A DNA stretch of 64,000 bases from Methanobacteriota archaeon (GTDB taxonomy: Archaea > Thermoplasmatota > E2 > DHVEG-1), in the NCBI GenBank assembly GCA_963769885.1, contig CAVYNH010000001.1, forward strand, positions 4,071 to 68,070. The letters run 5' to 3'. Of the stretch, positions 49,601-58,483 are shown piece by piece (positions within the stretch are counted from its first letter, which is position 1; each line of letters begins with the position of its first letter). Both the position numbers and the translations under genes were made by a program. The notes under the pieces are model-generated. The model searched no databases, was not told the DNA's origin, and worked only from the letters and a program-made list of their open reading frames with translations.

Positions 49601-51200
49601 CGTACCAATAACCACCACGACTCTCAGCATCAAAATCCAAGACCCCGAGGGAGACTCGTTCAACTGGACCATGACAACGACGCCGGACATCGGCAGCAGC
49701 TCAGGTACATCCGCAAGCAACGGCACCAAATCCTGCAGCGTCTCCGGCTTGACGTATTCAACCACGTATAATTGGACCGCCAAGGCCTACGACGGGCATC
49801 ACTGGACGAACGCAACCTACACCTTCACGACACAGAACGCGCCCGTCAACAATCCACCCACCCTCACCAGCCCAACACCCGCCAACGGCTCAACCACCGT
49901 ATCAGTCTCGACAGCATCCCTCACCATCCTCATCCGGGACCCCGAGGCAGACCCGTTCAACTGGACCATGACAACGACGCCGAACATCGGCAGCAGCTCT
50001 GGAACCTCCGCAAGCAACGGCACCAAAACCTGTCCGATTTCCGGCCTCGCCTACTCTACTGTCTATTCATGGACCGCGCACGCCTACGACGGCCACCACT
50101 GGACCAACGCGACTTACACCTTCACGACTCAAAACGTGACCGTCAATTCCCCTCCCGTCGTCTCCAGCCCCAGCCCTGCAAACGGATCCAGCGATCTGTC
50201 CACCCAATCGACGACGCTGCACATCACGATCCGAGACCAGGAAGGAGACGACTTCAACTGGACGATCACCACCATTCCTAACATCGGCAGCAGCTCAGGC
50301 ACCGCCTCCGTAAACGGCACCAAGAACTGCACCGTCACACACCTTGCCTTTTCGACCACCTACACCTGGGTTGTCCGAGCCACTGACGGACACGGGTGGA
50401 CCAACAAGACGTACCACTTCTCCACCCAGGCTCAGCAAGGCGGCGGCAACCCCCCGCAAGGCGGGGAGCCTCCAGGCAACGGTGGCGCGACAGAGAACCA
50501 TCCCCCGCAGACACCCGCGCGACCCCGCGGCACAGTCCTCCTTGAGATCGGCGTCGGCTCCACGTTCACCAGCTCAGTAGTCGACCAGGACGGCGACAGC
50601 CTCCGCTACCGCTTCGACTGGGGAGACGGGACGATCAGTGACTGGAGCGCATGGCAAGCGCCGAACACCACGATCTCCATGGAACATCACTGGACGACGA
50701 ACGGCACTTACCTGGTCCGAGTCCTCGCGCAAGACGAACCTGGAGAGAACAGCAGCTGGTCCCCCACCCTCACCGTGACGGTCACCGCAGCCGCTGAGAC
50801 AGTTTCCCACCCCGAAGGGCAGATCGAGATCCCCTCGGTCATCCCAGCAAACAAAGGCGTCGTCTTCAACGCCTCAGGATGGACGAACCTCACCGGGGAT
50901 GCCCTCACCTACACCTGGGACTTCGGGGATGGAACCACCGGCACCGGGATGACCATCACCCATGTCTACGCGAAGCCCGGGAACTACACCGTCACCCTCA
51001 CCGTCACGAACAGCAGCGGCCACCGCCAGACCAAGACCGTCGCCATCACGGTCACCAGCTCCACCACCGCCCTCGCTCAAACCTCCCGAGCACCCCTCCT
51101 CAGCCCCCTCCCACTCCTCCTGATAGTAGTCACCATACTCCTCTTCGTCGCCATCGTCATCTGGCTCGTGAAACGATATCTAAAACCTCGGAAAACCTAA
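46638..51200 (+). CDS. giant surface protein: C25-like peptidase domain, six ~99-aa Ig/Fn3-like repeats, PKD-like and PKD modules, C-terminal TM anchor
   Basis: 1520 aa. YPYVIITSNSL.. is C25-like, with the His/Cys dyad HLDHSDW..(28 aa)..SQGCLAG. Six repeats run from about 48680 to 50430. It also has DQDGDSLRYRFDWGDG.. and ..YTWDFGDGTTG..Y.VTLTV. The anchor is LLLIVVTILLFVAIVIWLVKRYLKPRKT. GTG at 46653 after GGAAGGAG is an alternative start. Confidence 0.85.
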   Translation: MEGVIVRRWTNKGSGTQKTTSSLLHTIPVILLLLSTTAAPAIAGPSHTTGSGASLSYTFSFRTPTLTEIQLDNRTFTKIEMDECLASSQPGLPALPVFPAHLLLPPGATVTSIHTPTQGTIDLHLDTPVLPAQELVHPGTDEIPAFVMNTSAYASPTPVSDTIYENQGIGYCRGYTILTLTIHPVRYIPKTGSLSYYPELTLTIDLQQPDATRLGKATTFLRDNTADQAAIRGLVDNPSLLTAYNPTIDAPLGDDPLRTDGLCSASGHYPYVIITSNSLKSTTGYPYNWTSLITHRETHDGLNGTIVTVQDIDACHAYWNTTALYNDSQAHIREFCKDAYQNWETDYILLGGDWDSAPSDQIVPYRLFTDRYLPGDLYQTMACDMYYSHLDGTWWDATDNVWGGSAGSGANNLYAELYIGRIAAYNASMVSNAVQKIIWYDLSASGDWLHQAVFAGGNLGWSATSKQYMEELRLGTDTYRTFTGFQEWNTAHPASTIDFETYYHADLGSNYPEYFSDSIEDDNASIINHLDHSDWNSPFGLTWWSDRINAKPFFGYSQGCLAGRFHEGYAGSEQLQCRFAGRNAFALILNTGYGYGSYYDTDGASQALECYFWDYFFNNQSAHTENWQLGRAQAYSEDKMSTYIDSYSHAWCYAWYSSHLFGDPAQTLRLSDTPQENIHLASESPTNGSTTVPITTTSLSVQITHALGHTFNYTIQTSPNIGSASGTGVHNGTKSCTITGLSYATTYQWTVRVTDGESWVNETYTFTTQNAPINHPPTLTSPSPTNGATGVSISTSSLSITIQDQDGDHFNWTITTAPNIGSSAGTSSTNGTKTCAVSGLAYSTAYTWTVRANDGHQWTNTSYTFTTQSAPVNNPPALSNPSPGNGSTSIPISTTSLSITIGDPEGDPFNWTITTTPNIGSGSGTLAGNESKSCSVSGLAYSTLYTWTARAYDGHHWTNATYTFTTQSAPINNPPTLTNPSPANASTTVPITTTTLSIKIQDPEGDSFNWTMTTTPDIGSSSGTSASNGTKSCSVSGLTYSTTYNWTAKAYDGHHWTNATYTFTTQNAPVNNPPTLTSPTPANGSTTVSVSTASLTILIRDPEADPFNWTMTTTPNIGSSSGTSASNGTKTCPISGLAYSTVYSWTAHAYDGHHWTNATYTFTTQNVTVNSPPVVSSPSPANGSSDLSTQSTTLHITIRDQEGDDFNWTITTIPNIGSSSGTASVNGTKNCTVTHLAFSTTYTWVVRATDGHGWTNKTYHFSTQAQQGGGNPPQGGEPPGNGGATENHPPQTPARPRGTVLLEIGVGSTFTSSVVDQDGDSLRYRFDWGDGTISDWSAWQAPNTTISMEHHWTTNGTYLVRVLAQDEPGENSSWSPTLTVTVTAAAETVSHPEGQIEIPSVIPANKGVVFNASGWTNLTGDALTYTWDFGDGTTGTGMTITHVYAKPGNYTVTLTVTNSSGHRQTKTVAITVTSSTTALAQTSRAPLLSPLPLLLIVVTILLFVAIVIWLVKRYLKPRKT

Positions 51201-51353
51201 GAAAAACGCCTCCTTTTATTAAGATTAATAAATAAAAAACAGGAGACCACGCCTTTCTCTCGAAGGAATCGGAGAAAAAAACAGGTGAAAACGACGCCAC
51301 CCTCCCAAAGATAATTTTTTATATACAAGAATCATAGTAACAGACTTGAAGCT

Positions 51354-52538
51354 ATGTGGTACCTCATCCTTGGACTTCTCGGGCTCCTCTACCTGGCATC
51401 CAACACCATCCTCCCTAGCCAAGGCACCATCGGCACCTACCTCCTCCAACCCCTCCTCTGGATAGGCCTCGCCATCCTCACCTTACTCGTCGCCAAAAAC
51501 GAAGACCTCAACATCCTCAAGTTCAAACGTGTCTCCCACTGGTACTTCGGCAACTCACCCCTCCAGGCCGGCCTCCTCATCGGCGGCCTCCAAGTCACCC
51601 TCCTCATCCTCGTCGGCGTCTTCACCGGCTTCGGAAAAAGCCCCAACAGCTTCACCCCCACCCCCCTCATCCTCAACCTCGTCTTCGTCGCCTCCCTCCT
51701 CACCGGCACCGAGATCACCCGCGCCTACCTCATAAAACGCGGCACGCAAACCCGCAGGCACACCACCCTCGTCCTCATCGCCGCCACCGTCATCTACGCC
51801 GCCTTCCAACTCACCATCACCCAGATCCTCACCCTCACCACAAACACCCCCATCATCCTCCTCGAATTCCTCGGAAAAACCGTCATCACCGCCATCGCCA
51901 TCAACCTCCTCGCCTCCTACCTCTCCTACATGGGCGGCGCCACCGCCTCCCTCAGCTACATCGGCATCCTCACCGCCTTCGACTGGTTCTCCCCAATCCT
52001 CCCCAACCCCCACTGGACCATCCTCGCCCTCATCGGCACCATCATCCCCGCCATCGGCTACTCCCTCATCCAAAACTCCATCCGAGAACCAGGCATCAAA
52101 AAACACCGGAAACCACACCGAACCACCGCCGACGGCTATGGCTGGACCGCCGTCACCGTCTTCAGCGTCCTCATCGTCTTCTTCTCCTTCGGATACCTCG
52201 GCGTCAAACCCACCGTCATCTACAGCGGCAGCATGCAACCAGAACTCCAAGTCGGCGACCTCGCCATCATCCAAAAAACCGACCCCGCCACCCTCAAAAA
52301 TGGAGACATCATCCAATTCAACAACGACAACATGACCCTTATCCACCGCGTCATCAACATCACCTCACAACAAGGCCAGACACTTTATACCACCAAAGGC
52401 GATGCCAATAAAGACCCCGACATCCCCCCCATTAAAGAAGACCAAATCATCGGCAAATCCATCTTCACCATCCCCAAGATAGGATGGATACAAATCCTCG
52501 TCAAAGACCTCGCCAGAAAAGCAGGCATCAAAGTCTAA
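51354..52538 (+). CDS. signal peptidase I (archaeal/ER, SipW type) fused to an N-terminal ~270-aa polytopic membrane domain
   Basis: The C-terminal part has ..VIYSGSMQPELQVGDLAII.., ..TLIHRVI.. and ..TKGDANKDPD.. (the S26B Ser/His/Asp boxes). The N-terminal part has about eight hydrophobic helices. Confidence 0.8.
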   Translation: MWYLILGLLGLLYLASNTILPSQGTIGTYLLQPLLWIGLAILTLLVAKNEDLNILKFKRVSHWYFGNSPLQAGLLIGGLQVTLLILVGVFTGFGKSPNSFTPTPLILNLVFVASLLTGTEITRAYLIKRGTQTRRHTTLVLIAATVIYAAFQLTITQILTLTTNTPIILLEFLGKTVITAIAINLLASYLSYMGGATASLSYIGILTAFDWFSPILPNPHWTILALIGTIIPAIGYSLIQNSIREPGIKKHRKPHRTTADGYGWTAVTVFSVLIVFFSFGYLGVKPTVIYSGSMQPELQVGDLAIIQKTDPATLKNGDIIQFNNDNMTLIHRVINITSQQGQTLYTTKGDANKDPDIPPIKEDQIIGKSIFTIPKIGWIQILVKDLARKAGIKV

Positions 52539-52555
52539 AAAAAAGAGAATGCACC

Positions 52556-53806
52556 ATGAGTAGAGCCAAAAACAGAAAAGCCAGGACCCTCCCCAGAAAA
52601 ACCATCCCACGGACACCGCGGTACATCATCATTGCCGTAATCAGTGTCATCCTCATCTACGCCCTCACCAGCACCTACCTCGCCTACCAAACACCCACGA
52701 CACAACGACAGACCCAAACCATCGTCCATTACTCAAACAACGGCCGCTTCACCTACCTCATCTACCTCCACAACAACACTATCTACAATAAAACCGTCCT
52801 CTACCCAGAAGAAGGCATCATCTTCACCCAACTCCTGGACCACATCAACGCCACGTTCACCTACACCTACGAAATCAACACCACCTCATCCATCAGCGGC
52901 AACTGCAGCATCCTAGGCATCATCCAAACCAACCTGTGGAGCAAAACCTTTTCCCTCCGCCCCCAAACCCCCTTCAGCGCCATGGGACAGTACGCCACCG
53001 CGACCGTGGACTTCCCCATCGACTACGCGTACTTCGAACAAGTCTTAGAAGAAATCAATACAGAGACCGGCGTCCCGGCCCAAAACCCCGTCCTCATCAT
53101 CCAAAGCCATGTGACTATCACCGCGCATACAAACCAAGGGGCCGTCTTCACATCCTTCTTCCCCGCCTTCAACCTGACCCTCGGACAGCGAACCATCGAT
53201 GTTTCAAAGAATCTGATCTCCAGCGACCCGGGATCATTAACAAAAACAATAACGATAGAGACCCCTAATATCCAATCCCAGAGAAACAACTGGTCCATCA
53301 TCAGCATTATCACCCTCCTCGGGCTGGCCTCAGTTGTACTATTCACCGCGAGTCCTGTCGAAACAAAAACAAATACAGTGACCGAGGTCAAAAAAATCAA
53401 GAAGAAATATAACGAGTGGATTGTCGAAGCAGACGAACATCCGGATGCTGCGGAAGCCCGCATCGTTTCCATTAAGTCAATCCAGGATCTCGCTAAAATC
53501 GGAGAGGAACTCGGGAAGCCCATCATCCATTATTCCCCAAAAAACGAGAACGACAAGAACAATACCTTCTATGTCATCGATGAAACAGTCTTTTATGAAT
53601 ACGTGCTCAAGCCAGCGGAGAGCAGCAAAAAAAGCACCACCTGCCCACAATGTGGGGCAACCATCGACTATGAGGAAAATGCAGGACGAAAAGTAACCTT
53701 ACGATGCCCGAACTGTGGAAGTAAGGCAGTCGCTGACGTATCTGAGGAAAAACCCTGGTCAAATCTGTTAGCTCGAATAAAAAAACGAAGACTCAATGGC
53801 AAATAA
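52556..53806 (+). CDS. 2-TM protein with extracytoplasmic domain and C-terminal zinc ribbon (hypothetical)
   Basis: The start was reassigned to MSRAKNRK.. TM1 is YIIIAVISVILIYAL and TM2 is WSIISIITLLGLASVVLFTA. The C-terminus has CPQCG...CPNCG. Confidence 0.7.
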   Translation: MSRAKNRKARTLPRKTIPRTPRYIIIAVISVILIYALTSTYLAYQTPTTQRQTQTIVHYSNNGRFTYLIYLHNNTIYNKTVLYPEEGIIFTQLLDHINATFTYTYEINTTSSISGNCSILGIIQTNLWSKTFSLRPQTPFSAMGQYATATVDFPIDYAYFEQVLEEINTETGVPAQNPVLIIQSHVTITAHTNQGAVFTSFFPAFNLTLGQRTIDVSKNLISSDPGSLTKTITIETPNIQSQRNNWSIISIITLLGLASVVLFTASPVETKTNTVTEVKKIKKKYNEWIVEADEHPDAAEARIVSIKSIQDLAKIGEELGKPIIHYSPKNENDKNNTFYVIDETVFYEYVLKPAESSKKSTTCPQCGATIDYEENAGRKVTLRCPNCGSKAVADVSEEKPWSNLLARIKKRRLNGK

Positions 53807-53921
53807 CCAAAGAATCTAAGGAAATTTTACTGTTTTCTCCCTGTCTATAATCTAGACTAGTATCTGCTTTGACTTCGATGGAACCAATGGCGATGTTTCA
53901 ACAGCTTGTGTTGTAGGTAGG

Positions 53922-54305
53922 TTAGGCGATAAGGGAGGCGATGAGGTAGCCGAGGACGACGAGGAAGGCGCCGGTGAAGTATATCAGGAGGGATGAGACG
54001 GATGTGTGGCGCCATTTTTTGATGTTTTGGTGGAGGATGAAGTTGGCGCTGATGACGAAGACGCCGAAGATGCTGATGATGGGGACCAGCTTAATGATGA
54101 GTTTTGAGAGTTCGGCGATGACAGGGGTGAGGAGGCCGAGGATGCCCATGCTGCCGATGTAGATGACGACGGCTTCGTGTTTTTGGCGGTATCTGCCGCC
54201 GCTTTTGAAGCCGTGGGCGGTGGTGGTGTAGAGGAAGCCGGTGATGAAGGTGATGATCATCCCGGTGAGGATGAGGGTTCCCTCCTCGGTCAGGAAGTCT
54301 GCCAT
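53922..54305 (-). CDS. small membrane protein (hypothetical)
   Basis: 127 aa with four hydrophobic segments. Confidence 0.5.
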   Translation of the reverse strand: MADFLTEEGTLILTGMIITFITGFLYTTTAHGFKSGGRYRQKHEAVVIYIGSMGILGLLTPVIAELSKLIIKLVPIISIFGVFVISANFILHQNIKKWRHTSVSSLLIYFTGAFLVVLGYLIASLIA

Positions 54306-54372
54306 GCGGTGCTCGCCATCCCAAGTGTATTGAGTGCGAATCTCCCATCCCTTTTTAAACCTGATTTTTTTG

Positions 54373-54543
54373 TTAAAATTCTCGGTTGACTTTGGTGTCG
54401 ATGATCCGTTGTGGTTCGAAGAACTCCTGTTGGCAGTTGGGGCAGTGGATGGGGTTCTCCCGCGATTCGCAGATCCACCGATGCCCGCAAAAGGGGCACA
54501 TCTCTCGTTTCATGACACTGTGCTTCCCAAGTTGCATGTCCAT
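54373..54543 (-). CDS. small zinc-ribbon protein (56 aa)
   Basis: MDMQLGKHSVMKREMCPFCGHRWICESRENPIHCPNCQQEFF.. is the C-terminal part of the otherwise spurious ORF 54373..55188. It has CxxC...CxxC. Confidence 0.4.
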   Translation of the reverse strand: MDMQLGKHSVMKREMCPFCGHRWICESRENPIHCPNCQQEFFEPQRIIDTKVNREF

Positions 54544-54554
54544 GAGTTGTTTTT

Positions 54555-55814
54555 TTATGGGGTGTTTACGATGAGGAGGAACCCGAGGAGGAGGCCGGTG
54601 GTGGTGACGGTCTGTTTGCCGGCGTTCTTCGCGGTGGTGTGGACTTGGATTTGGACTTTGCCAAGGGCGAGGAGCGGGATCCGCTGCGTCTCGGCCTGTC
54701 CTGGCGTCAGGGTGTCGATGGTGTCGGAGAAGCTGAGGTTGATGTCGTTTTTCCGGCCGCCGGTGATCGTGATCGTCCATTTCAGCTGCGTCAGGTTCGT
54801 TGTGGCTGGGTTGTAGAGTCGGACGCGTAGGCCGAGGGGTCCGCCGTGGATTTCGATGCCGGTTTTCGGGGGGTAGACGACGTAGGCGGCGGCATAGCCG
54901 ACCTTGCAGCAGCCGTATTCGATGTACATGAAGCCGTTCTCGCCCCAGTAGGGTCCCCAGGAGTTTTTCAGGATCCAGCAGCCGTGCTCGCCGAGGGTGT
55001 CGTCCCAGCCGACCAGGGTGACCGCATGGTTGATGTTCGCGGGGGAATTGTTGTTGAAGACTCCGCCGGTGTAGGCGCCGAAGGCTTCGTTGACGGCGAC
55101 GCCGCTGGAGACGGGCCCGTAGGTGTAGATTGCGTTCTTTATTGCCTCGGTGCTGGGCACTCCTTGGTTGACGCCGACGTATTTCCATGAGTCGAGGTGG
55201 TACGGGTGATGGTAGGGGCCGTCGCAGGGTGCGTCCTCGGCGACGTACGGGAAGCCCTGTTCAAGGACCGCGCCTGAGCCGTCGAATGTGTCAGTACGCC
55301 ATTGGTGGTAGTCGTGGGCGTACCAGCCGCCGTTGCATCCCCAGTGGTTCTGGTTGCAGCTGACGAGCCATTGTTCGGAGAGGTCGACTTCGACGTGGTC
55401 GTGGATGAGGATCGCGCTTTCCATGGGTCCGACGGTGCCGAAGGCCCAGCAGCTGCCGCAGCCGTCTTGGTCCTTGACGCTGGAGACGCCGTTGTGGTCC
55501 CGCCAGTCCCATCGGTCCGGGAGGGTGGTGGTGGGCAGGCAGGGGTCGAAGCTGGCGTTGACCCACCAGTCTGCTGGCTCGACGAGTCCGCAGAGCTGTG
55601 AGAATGGGCGCTGGGTCGCGGGGTTCTCTCCGACCGTGAACGTCCAGCCGTTTTCTGTTGCGTGTTGCTGCATGGTGGCGATGTCTGCGGGGGTCAGCCA
55701 GGGCGTGGTGCCGGTCGTCGTGAGGGAGTCAAGCGTGCATCCGCAGGAGCCGAGGACGGTTGGTGTGATGAGGGTAAGGAGGCATAACAGGCAGGGTATC
55801 CAGGGGGTTTTCAT
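54555..55814 (-). CDS. secreted papain-family (C1A) cysteine peptidase
   Basis: It has a signal peptide. Catalytic motifs are ..DQDGCGSCWAFGTVG.. and ..NHAVTLVGWDD..WILKNSWGPYWGENGF. Confidence 0.9.
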   Translation of the reverse strand: MKTPWIPCLLCLLTLITPTVLGSCGCTLDSLTTTGTTPWLTPADIATMQQHATENGWTFTVGENPATQRPFSQLCGLVEPADWWVNASFDPCLPTTTLPDRWDWRDHNGVSSVKDQDGCGSCWAFGTVGPMESAILIHDHVEVDLSEQWLVSCNQNHWGCNGGWYAHDYHQWRTDTFDGSGAVLEQGFPYVAEDAPCDGPYHHPYHLDSWKYVGVNQGVPSTEAIKNAIYTYGPVSSGVAVNEAFGAYTGGVFNNNSPANINHAVTLVGWDDTLGEHGCWILKNSWGPYWGENGFMYIEYGCCKVGYAAAYVVYPPKTGIEIHGGPLGLRVRLYNPATTNLTQLKWTITITGGRKNDINLSFSDTIDTLTPGQAETQRIPLLALGKVQIQVHTTAKNAGKQTVTTTGLLLGFLLIVNTP

Positions 55815-55984
55815 GAGGGATCCTCAGGGTGTTTTTATTCTTGATTTTACCTTAATTAATTCAGACTTATAAATATATCCTCCTGGGGTGGGGGGCGAGT
55901 CTGGTCCTGGCCGACGGTGGTGATGGGTTGGATGGTTTGCTACTGGCTTTTCCGGGGGAATAATAACTAATTTATAGCAGGAGT

Positions 55985-56653
55985 GTGTTTCCTTGTGTGC
56001 ACTCTAGGAGGAATGCGATGCCTGCGTCGTCGTTTGAGCACATGCCAGTTGAGGCTTCTTGTGATGACCGTCCCTCGTCCCCGATTGAGGTTCATCGGTT
56101 CCATTGTCTGCGGACGGTGTTTCTCGTCGGGTACGTCCTCGTCCTGATCGGGATGGTGCTGTCTGTCCGGTTCGTCTCCGCGGAGACGGATCTGGGCAAG
56201 GTGATCCTCGTGTTCGGCCTTTTGGTGGGACCGGCTGCGATGTTGTTGTTGCTCCTGCATGTGTACGAGACGTGGGGGCTGGTGCGGTTTGGCACACATG
56301 CCGTGCCGTTGACGCTTGATTTAACGTACTTCGGGTTCTTCGTCGTGTCCGCGGTCACCTTCGGTGGGTTCTGGTCTCTCTTTCTTTTCTATGAGATCAG
56401 CGCCCCGGCGCTCAGTCTGATGTGGTGGGGGCTGGTGGTGTTATTGGTCGGGGAGTTGCTGGGCTGCATGCTAGCCTCGCGGTTCATCGTGAGACGGTTG
56501 GTGTGTCCTCGGCTGCCGTCGTTCTTTGCGCACTCGGAGCACCATAATTTCCGTCACCCGCGGGACCGGCCGCGGCTGTTCCTTCACCGGAACATCCCGA
56601 ATTGGGCGATCTGGGAGCAGGATGACTGCTTCATCCGGATGAAGCACGGGTAG
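55985..56653 (+). CDS. membrane protein (hypothetical)
   Basis: 222-aa ORF with about five hydrophobic segments. The start is uncertain. Confidence 0.5.
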   Translation: MFPCVHSRRNAMPASSFEHMPVEASCDDRPSSPIEVHRFHCLRTVFLVGYVLVLIGMVLSVRFVSAETDLGKVILVFGLLVGPAAMLLLLLHVYETWGLVRFGTHAVPLTLDLTYFGFFVVSAVTFGGFWSLFLFYEISAPALSLMWWGLVVLLVGELLGCMLASRFIVRRLVCPRLPSFFAHSEHHNFRHPRDRPRLFLHRNIPNWAIWEQDDCFIRMKHG

Positions 56654-56739
56654 TCCTTGGACTGGGGAAAAAGGAGAAAGGGGTCTCTCCCCGTCTTTTT
56701 TTTTGATTTGTGGTCGAGGAGAGAGGACGATTGCGGGTT

Positions 56740-56997
56740 TTAGAAGGAGCTGATGAGTTCGGCGATCCGTTTCCGCTTGTCTTCCTCGTCGGGGAGGGTG
56801 ATGGAGGATTTCCATTTCTTCGTCCCGTCCGGGAGGTAGAACCCGCGGGAGACCGCGAGGAATTCTTTTGAGAGTGCTTCACCGATGGCCTTCTTTCTGG
56901 CGACTTCGATGAAGTTGTTTTTTCCAAACTTCACTTCTTCGGCTTTCATTGTCTCGAATTCAACCATTGCAATCACTTTGGCGCCAGGGAAGTGCAT
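56740..56997 (-). CDS. PC4/YdbC-like ssDNA-binding protein (putative)
   Basis: ..VKFGKNNFIEVARKK...FLAVSRGFYLPDGTKKWKSSITLP.. resembles the PC4 fold pattern. The start may be the internal MVEFE.. at 56967. Confidence 0.45.
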   Translation of the reverse strand: MHFPGAKVIAMVEFETMKAEEVKFGKNNFIEVARKKAIGEALSKEFLAVSRGFYLPDGTKKWKSSITLPDEEDKRKRIAELISSF

Positions 56998-57080
56998 AAC
57001 TGGATTTAAATTTTTTCACTTGGTGGAAATGCAGCATTCTCGGTTGTTTGGGGTGAAAAAAAGAGGAGGAGGGGGGCACG

Positions 57081-57314
57081 TCAGCAGAACCCTTTGACGT
57101 ACCCTGCGGCTGGTTTGGGGGTGACGAGAGGAGTATGGGCTGGTGGTCGGGGAAACGGTTTCTTGACGCTTGGCTGTGGACAGTGGAGTCTGAGTGGTGT
57201 GGTGAAGCTTTTCATCCGCTGTTCGTAGACAAAGACCTTGGCGATGTCTTCGATTTCCTCGACCATCGCCTCGTCACTGGCCGCTCCAACGATTTTGATT
57301 CCCGCCATAAACAC
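57081..57314 (-). CDS. hypothetical protein
   Basis: 77-aa ORF with no recognisable domain. Confidence 0.3.
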   Translation of the reverse strand: MFMAGIKIVGAASDEAMVEEIEDIAKVFVYEQRMKSFTTPLRLHCPQPSVKKPFPRPPAHTPLVTPKPAAGYVKGFC

Positions 57315-57524
57315 CTCCGCGCCTTTGCTAGTCTTTGACTAGCAATGTACTATTTGTCACTACTTGCATATAAACTTTCTGAAAAAAACAAGGCTCTGGC
57401 GGCGTCCAGCGTCCGTCATGGAGAACCAGGCGGGCTACCCACTCAACCCGGGAGGGGTGGCTCGATAGGCGGCTGGAAAGTATTAAAAGCATGGAACAAA
57501 TAATGGCCTTCAGGAAGGAAGGGC

Positions 57525-58010
57525 ATGGCTGCGGACGTCCCAGAAGGCGCAAGTATACGGCTCCGGGCGAAGTACCGGCGGATCACGCTGTGGTTGCTCA
57601 TCGTCGCGATCATTTTCACGGTCTGGACCCTTTCCGTCCTCTTCGCGGTGTTCTCCCTGCAGTTGGGCGGACGGTGGACGATAATCTCGCCGACGTACTG
57701 GGTTGTGGCAGACGTCATCGTCGTCGCCCTGGTCCTGCTCATCGATGCCCTGATTTTCATGCGGTATCAGGGGAAGACCCGATCCACGCGACCCAAGGTC
57801 GTGAAGGAGAAGAAGGGGCGGAGAGCCAGGAAGGAGAAGGCTCCTGAGCCGGAGATGCTCAAGGGCAGACAGGTCTACACCGTGACGCTGCCGCACGGTG
57901 CTAAAGGCGGGATCTTCAGCAAGACCTTCGTCGCCATTGACGACCGCCGCGTGCTCCAGCTGCGCTACCAGATGATCCCTCCAGCGACGCTGTGGCCGCT
58001 GCAGCAATGA
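57525..58010 (+). CDS. 2-TM membrane protein (hypothetical)
   Basis: 161 aa with two hydrophobic helices followed by a basic linker. Confidence 0.5.
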   Translation: MAADVPEGASIRLRAKYRRITLWLLIVAIIFTVWTLSVLFAVFSLQLGGRWTIISPTYWVVADVIVVALVLLIDALIFMRYQGKTRSTRPKVVKEKKGRRARKEKAPEPEMLKGRQVYTVTLPHGAKGGIFSKTFVAIDDRRVLQLRYQMIPPATLWPLQQ

Positions 58011-58271
58011 ACATACCAATGAAATACGTCAGCATTCTGCTTGCAACTTTCACATCGCAACTATCCTCTTGACCTTACTGGAAATTTTTTGTTATCGGTC
58101 CCGGATGGATTGATCTACCTGGATACTCGCAATCAGTTTTCAGTTTTTTTATCGAAAGATAAGCTAAGCTATTAAGGATAAACATCAGATTCTGCCGGAA
58201 CCATCACATTTTCGGATGCACGGTCTTCAGAGAAGGAGAAGGGGAGATAGATTGGATTTGTGCTGAATATA

Positions 58272-58288
58272 GGCCGTAAGCCTCTTTA
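58272..58288 (+). repeat. 17-bp direct repeat GGCCGTAAGCCTCTTTA (copy 1)
   Basis: It is identical to 59083..59099, which overlaps the top6A stop codon. Confidence 0.85.
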
Positions 58289-58483
58289 CTGCTCCTAAAA
58301 ACAATCTTATTAGAAGTTCAAAAAATTGTAATTTCTCGAGAAGAAACCCTGATTATTAAAGAGATTTTATTAGGAATAATCAATCAAGAAGTTGATGAAT
58401 CTCCTAATCCCACGACAACTTAATTGAAAAAAGAAGGAAAGTATCAACTGACTTTTCTTCACAGAAGAAGAGAACGGCGTGCT

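Noticed and set aside
48680-50430. Regular ~297-nt periodicity that might suggest a CRISPR array or satellite
   Set aside because: The repeats are in frame within one long ORF, are diverged, and have no spacer-like unique units. They are protein domain repeats.
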